Assembly: GCA_965213675.1 (NCBI GenBank)
Contig: CBDCAF010000013.1
Coordinates: 1-46,693, forward strand
Source: an uncultured Candidatus Binatia bacterium
GTDB lineage: Bacteria > Desulfobacterota > Binatia > UBA9968 > JAJDTQ01
DNA length: 46,693 nucleotides
Reading direction: 5' to 3'
Numbering within the stretch: the stretch's first letter is position 1; each line of letters begins with the position of its first letter. Below the pieces are notes generated by a model, which was not told the DNA's origin, ran no database searches, and saw nothing but the letters and a program-made list of their open reading frames with translations. Made by a program: the position numbers and the translations under genes. Shown one piece after another: positions 19,605 through 28,884 of the stretch.

Positions 19605-22600
19605 ATCGAATGGAAATCTCCGCCAACTTCGCGTTCCTTGAGCGGGAATTCGCGCATGTGGCGGAGAGCGCAAGCTACGCGGAGCGTCACGTTTATGGGG
19701 ACCCGCGGGCGTCTTGTTTTCATGCCAGACACGCCCTGGAACGGCTGCTGAAGCGCATCTACAGGGTCGATAAGACTCTCAGTCCGCCGAAGACCACGAA
19801 GCTGGACGCTTACCTTGGCGAGCCCACTTTCCAGGCGCTGGTGCCTAAGGCTGTATGGCAGAAAGCCGAATACATAAGGCGGATGGGCAACGTGGCGGTG
19901 CACGGCAACAAGACCCCTTCGCCCGAGAACGCCCTCAACGTCCTGCGCGAGCTTTCACACGTTCTCTATTGGGTAGGCCGGACCTATCTGCGCAAAGGGG
20001 CGGAGGAGCTTCAGGGAAAGACGTACGACGAGTCCCTGATTCCCAAAGGCGGCCCCGTCGCCGCGCCGGCGGCCATCGAAGCGCTGGAGGCCTTGGAAGC
20101 TGAGCGGGACGCGGCGGAGGAAGCCAAGAAGGAAGCGGAGGGAGAACTCGAGGTACTCCGGGAGCGCCTCGCGGCAATCAAGGCGGAGAACGAAGCCGTC
20201 CCCGAGACCCACGACTGGAACGAGGCCAAGACCCGCGAGTTGATCATCGACTTCGCCTTGCAACGCGCGGGATGGGCGTTGGATCAGCCGCGGGACCGGG
20301 AGTACGAAGTTACCGGGATGCCCAACAAGCAGGGCATCGGTTACGCGGACTATGTGCTCTGGGGCGACGATGGAAAACCCCTGGCGGTGGTGGAAGCCAA
20401 GAAGACGACAGCCGACCCGGAGGTTGGCCGGCAGCAGGCGAAGCTCTACGCCGATTGCCTGGAAGCCATGCACGGCCGGCGGCCGGTCATCTTCTACACC
20501 AACGGCTACAGGACGTTTCTGTGGGATGATCGGTTTTACCCGCCCCGCATGGTCGCCGGGTTCTACAAGAAGGACGAACTTGCGACCCTGATCCACCGCC
20601 GCACCCAGCGGCAACCGCTCGACGTTGCCGAGGTGAAGGATGCCATCGTCGAGCGTTACTACCAGAAACGCGCCATCGGCAGCATCGGTGAACAGTTCGC
20701 AAGTTCACGGCGCAAGGCGCTGTTGGTCATGGCCACGGGTACCGGCAAGACCCGAACCGCAATCGCGCTGGTGGATATTTTGCAGCGGGCGGGTTGGGTA
20801 AAGCGGGCCCTGTTCCTGGCCGACCGGGTTTCACTGGTCAATCAGGCGGTCAACGCCTTCAAGACCCACCTGCCGGACTCGAGTCCGGTGAACCTGGTGA
20901 CCGAGAAAGGCGCCGAGGGCCGGGTCTACGTCAGCACCTATCCGACAATGATGGGCCTCATCGACGAGACCAAAGGCGCCGAAGCCCGCTTTGGGGTCGG
21001 CCACTTCGATCTGGTGATCATCGACGAGGCGCACCGGTCGGTCTATCAGAAGTATGGCGCGATCTTCCGCTACTTCGATTCACTATTGGTCGGGCTGACC
21101 GCGACACCGCGCGAGCAGGTTGACAGGAATACCTACCAGCTCTTCGATCTGGAACCGGGCGTGCCGACGGATGCCTATGAATTGGAAACGTCGGTGGCGG
21201 ACGGATTTCTGGTCCCGCCTCGGGTCCAGCAGGTGGATCTCAGGTTCCCCCGCGAGGGCATCGACTATGAATCGCTCAGCGATGAAGAAAAGGAACAGTG
21301 GGAGAGCCTCGACTGGGGGGACGATGTGGACCCGGGAGACCTTCCGGATCGCGTCCATGCAGCCGCCATCAACAGCTGGCTGTTCAATAAGGATACCGTC
21401 GACAAGATGCTGCAACACCTGATGGAGAACGGGCATACTGTCGCGGGCGGAGACCGGCTGGCCAAGACGATCATCTTCGCTCGAAATCATGAGCACGCGA
21501 AGTTCATCGAAGAGCGGTTCAATCACCACTACCCCCACTACAAGGGACACTATGCTCGTATCATCGATCACTATGCGCAATATCCCCAAAGCCTGATCGA
21601 CAACTTTTCGCAAAAGGAAAAAGCACCGCACATTGCGATCTCGGTGGACATGCTCGACACGGGCATCGACATTCCCGAGGTCGCCAACCTGGTCTTTTTC
21701 AAACCGGTCTATTCCAAAATCAAGTTCTGGCAGATGATCGGGCGGGGCACACGGCTGTGTCCCGAGCTATTCGGGCCGGAGGACGACAAGCGGGATTTCC
21801 GTGTCTTCGACTTCTGTTTCAATTTCGACTTCTTCCGGGAAAACCCGGAAGGCATCGAGAGCACTGGAACCGTCCCGCTGGTGGCCCGGTTGTTCCGGTC
21901 CCGCGTCCGGTTGTTGGCCCATGTGCAAAGAACGCCCGGCCTGGACGAGGACGCCCGGCTCGCGGGCTCGCTGACCGAGGAACTCCACGGCAGGGTCGCA
22001 GCAATGAACCGCGACAACTTCATCGTCAGAATGAATTTGGAGGATGTAGACCGCTACCGGGAACGCGACGCCTGGAAGCACCTCGGCGATGAAGACATTG
22101 AGCGGCTCCAGCGCAACGTCGCCAGCCTGCCCAGCGAGGTCGAGACCGATGAAATCGAAGCGCAGTTCTTCGATCTCATAGCGTTGACCATGCAGCTCTC
22201 ATTCGCGGAAGGGGATCAATCCGCCTACGAAACGCGCCGGCGGAGGATGGTCGAGATAGCAATGCTTCTCGAGGAGAAAAGCACGATCCCCGCCGTTAAG
22301 GCGCAGATCGATTATTTGGCTGCAATGCAGGAGTTGGCGTTTTGGGACGGAATGAACCTCAACCTCTTGGAGGATATGAGGTTGCGCCTGCGCGGCTTGA
22401 TCCAGTTTCTCGACCGGAAAAAACGGACAATCGTCTACACCGATTTTAAAGACGAGGTGCTGAGGGTGAGAGACAACGAGCCTGTCCCCATGCCAAGGAT
22501 GACCAGCGCACAATATGTGAAGAAGGTGAAGAACTTCCTCAACAACCACAAGGACCACCTTGTGATCCACAAATTGCGGACTAATCAGCCCCTGACGGAG

Positions 22601-22996
22601 GCTGATCTCGCGGCGCTGGAGGCGGCCCTTGTCGAGATTGGCGAAGAGGATGGCGAAACGTTGCTTGCGGGGCTGCTGGCCCGGAGCGAGGTGCCCTCGC
22701 TGGCGCACTTCGTCCGCTCGATGGTCGGACTCGACCGCGGCGCGGCGCAAGCGGCTTTCTCCGAATTCCTGAATGACCACAGCCTGAACCCGCCGCAAAT
22801 CCGCTTCGTCGAACTGGTAATTGACCAGTTGACCGCCAGAGGGATTATGGAAGCATCAGCCCTCTACGATGCGCCGTTCAGCAATATTCATGCGGGCGGT
22901 CCGGACGAACTGTTCGGCGATAAAATGAACGTAATCGAGGGGATTTTCGACAAACTCGAACAAGTCAATCCAGGCGTGATCTCGAAAGCTGGCTGA
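19601..22996 (+). CDS. hsdR: Type I R-M restriction subunit (N-terminal DUF4145-like domain)
   Basis: ADYVL..VEAKK nuclease motif, MATGTGKT, DEAH, LTATP, QMIGRGTR. Confidence 0.95.
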   Translation: MNRMEISANFAFLEREFAHVAESASYAERHVYGDPRASCFHARHALERLLKRIYRVDKTLSPPKTTKLDAYLGEPTFQALVPKAVWQKAEYIRRMGNVAVHGNKTPSPENALNVLRELSHVLYWVGRTYLRKGAEELQGKTYDESLIPKGGPVAAPAAIEALEALEAERDAAEEAKKEAEGELEVLRERLAAIKAENEAVPETHDWNEAKTRELIIDFALQRAGWALDQPRDREYEVTGMPNKQGIGYADYVLWGDDGKPLAVVEAKKTTADPEVGRQQAKLYADCLEAMHGRRPVIFYTNGYRTFLWDDRFYPPRMVAGFYKKDELATLIHRRTQRQPLDVAEVKDAIVERYYQKRAIGSIGEQFASSRRKALLVMATGTGKTRTAIALVDILQRAGWVKRALFLADRVSLVNQAVNAFKTHLPDSSPVNLVTEKGAEGRVYVSTYPTMMGLIDETKGAEARFGVGHFDLVIIDEAHRSVYQKYGAIFRYFDSLLVGLTATPREQVDRNTYQLFDLEPGVPTDAYELETSVADGFLVPPRVQQVDLRFPREGIDYESLSDEEKEQWESLDWGDDVDPGDLPDRVHAAAINSWLFNKDTVDKMLQHLMENGHTVAGGDRLAKTIIFARNHEHAKFIEERFNHHYPHYKGHYARIIDHYAQYPQSLIDNFSQKEKAPHIAISVDMLDTGIDIPEVANLVFFKPVYSKIKFWQMIGRGTRLCPELFGPEDDKRDFRVFDFCFNFDFFRENPEGIESTGTVPLVARLFRSRVRLLAHVQRTPGLDEDARLAGSLTEELHGRVAAMNRDNFIVRMNLEDVDRYRERDAWKHLGDEDIERLQRNVASLPSEVETDEIEAQFFDLIALTMQLSFAEGDQSAYETRRRRMVEIAMLLEEKSTIPAVKAQIDYLAAMQELAFWDGMNLNLLEDMRLRLRGLIQFLDRKKRTIVYTDFKDEVLRVRDNEPVPMPRMTSAQYVKKVKNFLNNHKDHLVIHKLRTNQPLTEADLAALEAALVEIGEEDGETLLAGLLARSEVPSLAHFVRSMVGLDRGAAQAAFSEFLNDHSLNPPQIRFVELVIDQLTARGIMEASALYDAPFSNIHAGGPDELFGDKMNVIEGIFDKLEQVNPGVISKAG

Positions 22997-23119
22997 GCGT
23001 TTGGTCCCCCACCCACGGCGCGTCGATCCGGAAGAGTCTTGCGAGGCCGGGGGCAAGCAAACGACGGTACAACGAGGGATGCACGACAATATTGTGCAGG
23101 CTCGGGCACACCTCGCCCC

Positions 23120-23510
23120 GGACCAACAAAAATCTCTCCACCTGACCCAGGGCCAGACCCAGTCCACGCCGTCCCCCCTGGACCTGCTGGAGCTGCCGGA
23201 TCTCCCGAAACCGCGCCGCAACTGACCGGTGCACGGAACCAGCCATGCAGTGCCGGCCCCGCGGCCAGCGCTGGAGATGGCCCACGTCCTGCGGCCCGGT
23301 TCGAAGACTTCCGCCGGGGCCACCCACTGTCGAGGCAGCAGTTCCGGGGCCGCCGCCAGCTCCCACCTTGAGTTTGGCCACAACCCAAAATGGCTCGGCG
23401 GGGACATCGGCTTCACCATGGTCCTGCACATCTGGAGGCAGAATCTCGGCTGCCACATCCATGTCCACGCCATCGTCACCGGCGCGACGCCTACTGGCCG
23501 AACTTAGTAT
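23120..23510 (+). pseudogene. Remnant of a tyrosine-integrase / IS91-like (Y2 HUH) transposase pair
   Basis: Integrase-like tail LHLTQ...SPLDLL, then ALEMAHVLR start and PKWLGGDIGFTMVLHIW.QNL..HIHVHAIVTG (HUH); internally deleted. Confidence 0.65.
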
Positions 23511-23826
23511 CAGGTGATTGATTATCATAACCTACTGGCTCCCACCCATCACCTGACCCATTGTGAAATGTGCTAAATTCACGTCGGATGGGATTCCGGC
23601 ACCATCTCCGGGGAATTGGTGCGCTCCAGCGTGTAATCGCGTGAGGCGCAGCTACCGATACACGCAAGGAATCCTGGGTGGCTGATCCCGGACAGGTCTC
23701 GGGAGAGAGAAACATCGAGAGTTGCCTCGTAATAGACCACCCGATAAACTACGAATTCACACGGCAACCATTCGTTCTCACATGGCAAATGTCCAACACC
23801 CGGAGCCGAATCGCTGGGTGGTTCAC

Positions 23827-24132
23827 ATGGCATCCCGTTCCGATCCAGACAGTGAGGTGACAGTGGAACTGCACATGAGCAGGGCCACCGCCGACAGGCT
23901 AGCGCATCTGGAAGCGGAGCGCTTGGCCGCGCCCGATTCCGGTGAAGAGCCCCCGAGTGAAGAAGATGTCGGCTCTGCGGTTCTGAATATTCTGGACTCG
24001 GCCGCCACGATCTCCCGTGTGAAGGAACGTGCGGGGGAATCAGATCAGCAGGAACTCATGGACCTGATCGACGAAGAAGTGGACGCCGTTCGTGCGGGTC
24101 GTTCTACACCAATGTTTTCGTCAGTGCGCTGA
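23827..24132 (+). CDS. Putative antitoxin of a PIN-family TA pair
   Basis: Small acidic ORF ending LIDEEVDAVRAGRS that overlaps the start of a PIN toxin. Confidence 0.6.
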   Translation: MASRSDPDSEVTVELHMSRATADRLAHLEAERLAAPDSGEEPPSEEDVGSAVLNILDSAATISRVKERAGESDQQELMDLIDEEVDAVRAGRSTPMFSSVR

Positions 24133-24518
24133 TCACCAGAGGAACACCACCCGACCAGCTTTACCAGGCCTGGAACCGAAACCGGATCGACCTCGTGACC
24201 TCGGTTGCGCAGGTCAATGAAATCACCGATGTCCTTGCTCGCCCCAAGCTGCAGAAATGGGTGGATCGGGCTGATGCCGGCAGGATGGTCGCCGACATCT
24301 GCCGGCGCGCATACTTCGTTGGCGGAATGCCGGTTCCGAGGCGGTCTCCCGATCCGAAGGACGATGTCATTCTGGCCACGGCTGTTGCCGGACAGGCGGT
24401 GTTGCTGGTCACCGGGGACAAACGAGACATTCTGTCGCTCGGCAGGGTGGAGGATGTCAGGATATGCACACCTGTCGAGGCACTTCGGTTGATCCCCAAA
24501 TACAGGAGATCATCTTGA
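24092..24518 (+). pseudogene. PIN-family (PIN_3-like) toxin, frameshifted at its first acidic residue
   Basis: GTG CGG GTC GTT CT--AC ACC AAT restores VRVVLDTNVFVSALI; later SPDPKDDVILATA..LVTGDKRDIL. Confidence 0.75.
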
Positions 24519-24877
24519 CTATTTGCTCTACCGAGCGGAACTCACCTGTACCCTGCCGGAAGATCTTCCGGGAAGGGTTTCAAGGATTGCAATTGTATTC
24601 CGTAATCAGGGCGGATCCATATGAAATCAAAGGCTTGGCTACTGCTGGCAGTATCCTGCTCGAAAGTGGAAAACCGCGGCGGAAATCGGCTGACGCGACT
24701 TGAAGCGCCCCGAAAGGTGGGTACTTTTACCTTGGCACTATTGAGCATTATTACTTTGGCATTAACACCATGTTCCCGGTGAGAAGGTGAAGCGGAGATC
24801 GACTTGGAATTCGATTTGATCAATAGCAATGGAATCCCGGCGCATCATGGGAAGAGACATGTGGGAACCAGTTCCAG

Positions 24878-26764
24878 TCATGATTGGATAAATTTCTGTA
24901 ATCCGGATAATAAACTCTGCATCCTTACGGTTGTTATATCAGATAAAGATGGCCCTTCTTCTGAAGCAAGAAATTCTTGTACTTGTCGTAACATAGATAA
25001 TTTTTTATTTGCAGTTGTTGGCGGAACAAAATGGTTTTTATCCTCATCAGAAAAAATGTCACAAATTACAGAAACTTCAGGTACTATGTTTGTAAGAGAT
25101 GTGATTTCATGTTCTTCAAGTGCAAATGTTCTTTGTAGATTTTTTTGTCCATTTTTTCCGCCTATATCGGAATCCAAAAGCACTCTAACCGGGAGTCCCC
25201 AGCCTTTATGAAGGCTTACTAACGCCCCCATTGTTCCTGACCCCTGAGCTGGAAAGACAGGACCAAGTTCAATGCCGCAACACATTTCGGAGAATTTAAT
25301 AAAATAGAAGTCGGCTTTTCCTTCGACAATTAACCCACCTGTGTTTAGATCGAATTTCGACGGCTGAACTTCAAGGGTATCAAGTATGGGCTGAAAATAA
25401 CTCGTTTGGGTTGGGTTTTCATGAACGAATTTTCTGTAAGGAACAACTTGTATATCGATTGTCGAATCCTCGTGTACGCTTGCATCAATAATTTTTCCAT
25501 CCGTGCTCGTGGAGCGATCAAATATTATGTATGCTTGCTCTAACCATTTCGGATCAACCATATAATGGCTGTGAGTGGAATAGACTAATCTATGTGGAAC
25601 TTTAGCGATAGCCGGAAAACTTTCCAGCAGTTTCTTTTGTGCCGCGGCATGTAAATTTGAAGCAGGCTCATCAAATAAAAAAATTGTCGGCTTTTCATTT
25701 TCTCGATGAATTCTGAATTGGGTAAAAAGGAGAAATGAGAAAAACCATCTAAAACCGAGAGAACGATCTTCGACATTATACAAATTGGCTCCGTCCTTTA
25801 TTCTGAATCGAATATAGGCATCGTGTACTGTAGGCTCATCTTCTGAGCCATCATCCCCTTGGACCATTTTCCCTTTTTCATATTGTAATTCAATCGAAAT
25901 TTCTTTCGCTGCTGTGTCTTCACCAAAAACTTCATTCCACTTTGAGAATACTAGATTGGTTACCGCACGTTCTGCTCTGGAAATAACCTGTTTTACCTTA
26001 TCTTCCTCAGTGGATCCTACAAATGCACCAAACCAAGATTCCCAATAATTTCGATTTTCTTCTTTATGTAAACGGTCAAGTATGCTTTCTTGTATTGTGT
26101 ACCCATTGCTATCGTAATCGAGAATATCCTGAAAGAGTTGTCGATAGAATCTATTTCTAGGCGACTCATCTCTATCCGTAAGATAGATCCGTTTCGGAAA
26201 TTCAAAAACAAAAGTAGGATAGTACGCAATTGTGGGAATAGATTCGATTACAAGCTTTTCAAATACATTATATTGATCTTCAGCTAACTCACGAAAGTAT
26301 TTTGCTCTTTTTGTTTTTGCGCGGAGATTTTGAACATTAAGCTTTCGAGAACGACATACATAATCGCCATTATTGTATTTATGGACTAATTTTATTGTGA
26401 ACTCAGAGGGAAGGTTATCTTCCAGTTTCCTTCCTGTTTCTTCAATAAAATCAGATGCAATCCTTTTCCAGTCATCTGGCGTTGCAGTAACATATGCCGA
26501 AACACTCACTTCGCCCGAAAAAATAGAAATCTTATCTCTAGGTATCCACTGCTCTCTTTGTTCTTCAGGTTTACGTATGCTTTTCACGACGAGTTCAGTT
26601 TCAGCATCTGGGGAAAAGCTGTGAATTGCTTCGAGAAGAGTTGTTTTTCCACTTTCGTTAAGTCCGACCAATGTATGAACACGTGCCTGGTCATTTTCGC
26701 TAAATCGGAGCTTTGCTTCACGGATTCCCTTGAAATTGGAAATATCAAACCCAGTAATTTTCAT
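24878..26764 (-). CDS. OLD-family ATP-dependent nuclease (ABC ATPase + TOPRIM)
   Basis: ISNFKGI, GLNESGKTT, RSLGFRWF signature, LFDEPASNLH, STHS, IVEGKAD, LDSD; visibly AT-rich relative to flanks. Confidence 0.85.
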   Translation of the reverse strand: MKITGFDISNFKGIREAKLRFSENDQARVHTLVGLNESGKTTLLEAIHSFSPDAETELVVKSIRKPEEQREQWIPRDKISIFSGEVSVSAYVTATPDDWKRIASDFIEETGRKLEDNLPSEFTIKLVHKYNNGDYVCRSRKLNVQNLRAKTKRAKYFRELAEDQYNVFEKLVIESIPTIAYYPTFVFEFPKRIYLTDRDESPRNRFYRQLFQDILDYDSNGYTIQESILDRLHKEENRNYWESWFGAFVGSTEEDKVKQVISRAERAVTNLVFSKWNEVFGEDTAAKEISIELQYEKGKMVQGDDGSEDEPTVHDAYIRFRIKDGANLYNVEDRSLGFRWFFSFLLFTQFRIHRENEKPTIFLFDEPASNLHAAAQKKLLESFPAIAKVPHRLVYSTHSHYMVDPKWLEQAYIIFDRSTSTDGKIIDASVHEDSTIDIQVVPYRKFVHENPTQTSYFQPILDTLEVQPSKFDLNTGGLIVEGKADFYFIKFSEMCCGIELGPVFPAQGSGTMGALVSLHKGWGLPVRVLLDSDIGGKNGQKNLQRTFALEEHEITSLTNIVPEVSVICDIFSDEDKNHFVPPTTANKKLSMLRQVQEFLASEEGPSLSDITTVRMQSLLSGLQKFIQS

Positions 26765-27094
26765 TGTTCAAAATCTGTAAATTTTGCGCATATGATTCTA
26801 TCAGAGACTCAAGTGTGGCCAACTCAAAAAATACGTCCTGAGTGCATTAGATTCTTTGTGAAGGGACATGATCTGTTACGCACAGTCAGTGACACCCTTC
26901 CAACCATATGATAGCTAGCTGCAATAACCTACAGTTCCGATGCCAAGCGTCGAAATTGGATTAGCCGCAGAACGGGCATCACGATATTTCAGATCTGATG
27001 CCTCTCGGCTCCAGCCCACCAAGGCGAATACAACCGTGGCATAACCCCTAGTCCAAGCAGCGGTTCGAACGATCTAACAAGGCATCCCAAAACC

Positions 27095-28316
27095 TAGTGT
27101 CACGTCATACATGATATGACGCATATAGTATGATAGATTCCTCGTCTCCTGGTCAGACGAGGGTCCATGCATGAAACGCTATATGGTGACGTTGGACGAA
27201 GCGGAGCGGAACGAATTGACGGGTATCACGAGCAAGGGGTCGCATCGATCCCAGAAGGTGATCAACGCGTTGATCCTGCTCAACTGCGACGAGGGCGATT
27301 TCAATGATCGGCGGTCCACCGGGGAAGCCATCGCGGACATACTGCGCATCAGCATGCGCAAGGTGGATCGGGTGAAGAAGCGGTTCGTGGAGGAAGGTCT
27401 GGATGCGGCACTGGGCGGTCGCCAGGGACGCAGACCCACGTATATTCGCAAGGCCGACGGTGAATTCGAGGCGCGCCTGGTGGCCCTGGCCTGCGGCGAG
27501 CCGCCGGCGGGTCACGCGCAGTGGTCGTTGCGGCTGCTGGCCGACCGGACCGTGGAACTCGGTTACATCGACGCGGTGTCCCATGAGACGGTGCGGCGGG
27601 TTCTAAAAAAAACGAACGCAAGCCGTGGCGGCGAATCGGGTGGGTGATTCCGCCGCAAAGTAACGCCGAGTTCGTCGCCGCGATGGAAAAGGTGCTCGAT
27701 GTGTATCGGCGTCCCTACGATGCCGCTTTCCCAGTGGTATGCATGGACGAGACCCCTCGCCAGTTGATCCGCGAGACCCGTGTACCGGTTCCCATGGGCC
27801 CAGGGTGGCCGGCCCGCCACGACTACGAGTACCTGCGCTGTGGAACCTGCAATGTCTTCATGGCCACCGAACCCCTGGCCGGCAAGCGGATGACCAAGGT
27901 GACTGCACGCAGGACCAAAACCGACTGGGCGCAGTTCCTCGCCGACATCGCCGCACGCTACCGGGACGCCACCCGCATCACCCTGGTGATGGACAATCTC
28001 AATACCCACCGGCCCGGCGCGCTCTATGAAGCCTACCCACCGGCACAGGCCAAGGCGTTATGGGACCGATTCGAGTTCGTCTACACCCCGAAACACGGCA
28101 GTTGGCTGAACGTGGCTGAGGTCGAACTCAGCGTCATGAACCGTCAATGCCTGAATCGGCGCATTGACAACGTTGATGTCCTTGCCCGTGAGGTCGCTGC
28201 CTGGCAAACCTCACGTGATCGCATCCATGTCAAGGTCGATTGGCAGTTCACTACCAACGATGCGCGACTGAAACTGAAACGGCTCTATCCGACACTTGAG
28301 GGATGACGTTACACTA
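27095..28316 (+). mobile_element. IS630-family element, apparently complete
   Basis: TAGTGTCACGTCAT ... ATGACGTTACACTA terminal IRs (13/14) in a CTAG context with TA duplication. Confidence 0.92.
27171..28306 (+). CDS. IS630 transposase, -1 frameshift at an A8 tract (27605-27612)
   Basis: orfA HTH ...SHETVRRVLKK; orfB in the -1 frame with CMDET, MDNLNTH, WLNVAE (DDE). Confidence 0.9.
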
Positions 28317-28884
28317 GTTGTGCCTGTTCAGCAACACCCAACGACCATCCGTTTGGATCCTCACCTCCAGAGGATCGCCGACCGATAATGCCAAGTTGAC
28401 AGCGTGTATCGGATCGTCGGCATGGCGGCATTCGGCGCATCCCAGATCAACTACCTGAAACCTGGGCCGAAGATGGCAGCACTCTATGGGTTCCAGGCAT
28501 GGCGGAAGTTCGACCGCCTCGCGTCTTAGCGTCGTGGCATGATCAGCCAATTCATCCTGAAGGCCCCAGAACGGTTGAGACGCGCGAGTGTGAGCGTCTG
28601 CCGTGCACGTGTCATCGTCACGTAATACAGCTGACGTAGGGCATCGGAATCTTCTCGGTGGTCTGCGCGGTCCCAGCCGCCATCCAGCACAGCCGCATGA
28701 TCGACCTCCAGACTCTTGACGCGATGGGCGATGAGCAGCTGCAATCCCCGCTGGCGATGACGTATGTCTCGACCCCACTCCGCCAGCCACTCGATGAAAC
28801 GATCCATCGGAATCTCTCCATCGCCGTTTTCCATTTCGTGTTCCTCGACAGCCTGTCGCAGCAGGTCGTGCCAGGAACCATTAG

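Larger units (their letters stand above)
26920..28884 (-). pseudogene. C-terminal remnant of a large helicase with a UvrD-like C-terminal domain, interrupted by IS630
   Basis: AHRVKSLEVDHAAVLDGGW...RQLYYVTMTRARQTLTL; sequence continues left of IS630 (RSFEP..ALVGWSREASDLKYRD); several frameshifts. Confidence 0.65.

Noticed and set aside
24878-28884. Gabija (OLD + UvrD) system
   Set aside because: The helicase is upstream, decayed, compositionally different and looks like the tail of a much larger protein, not GajB
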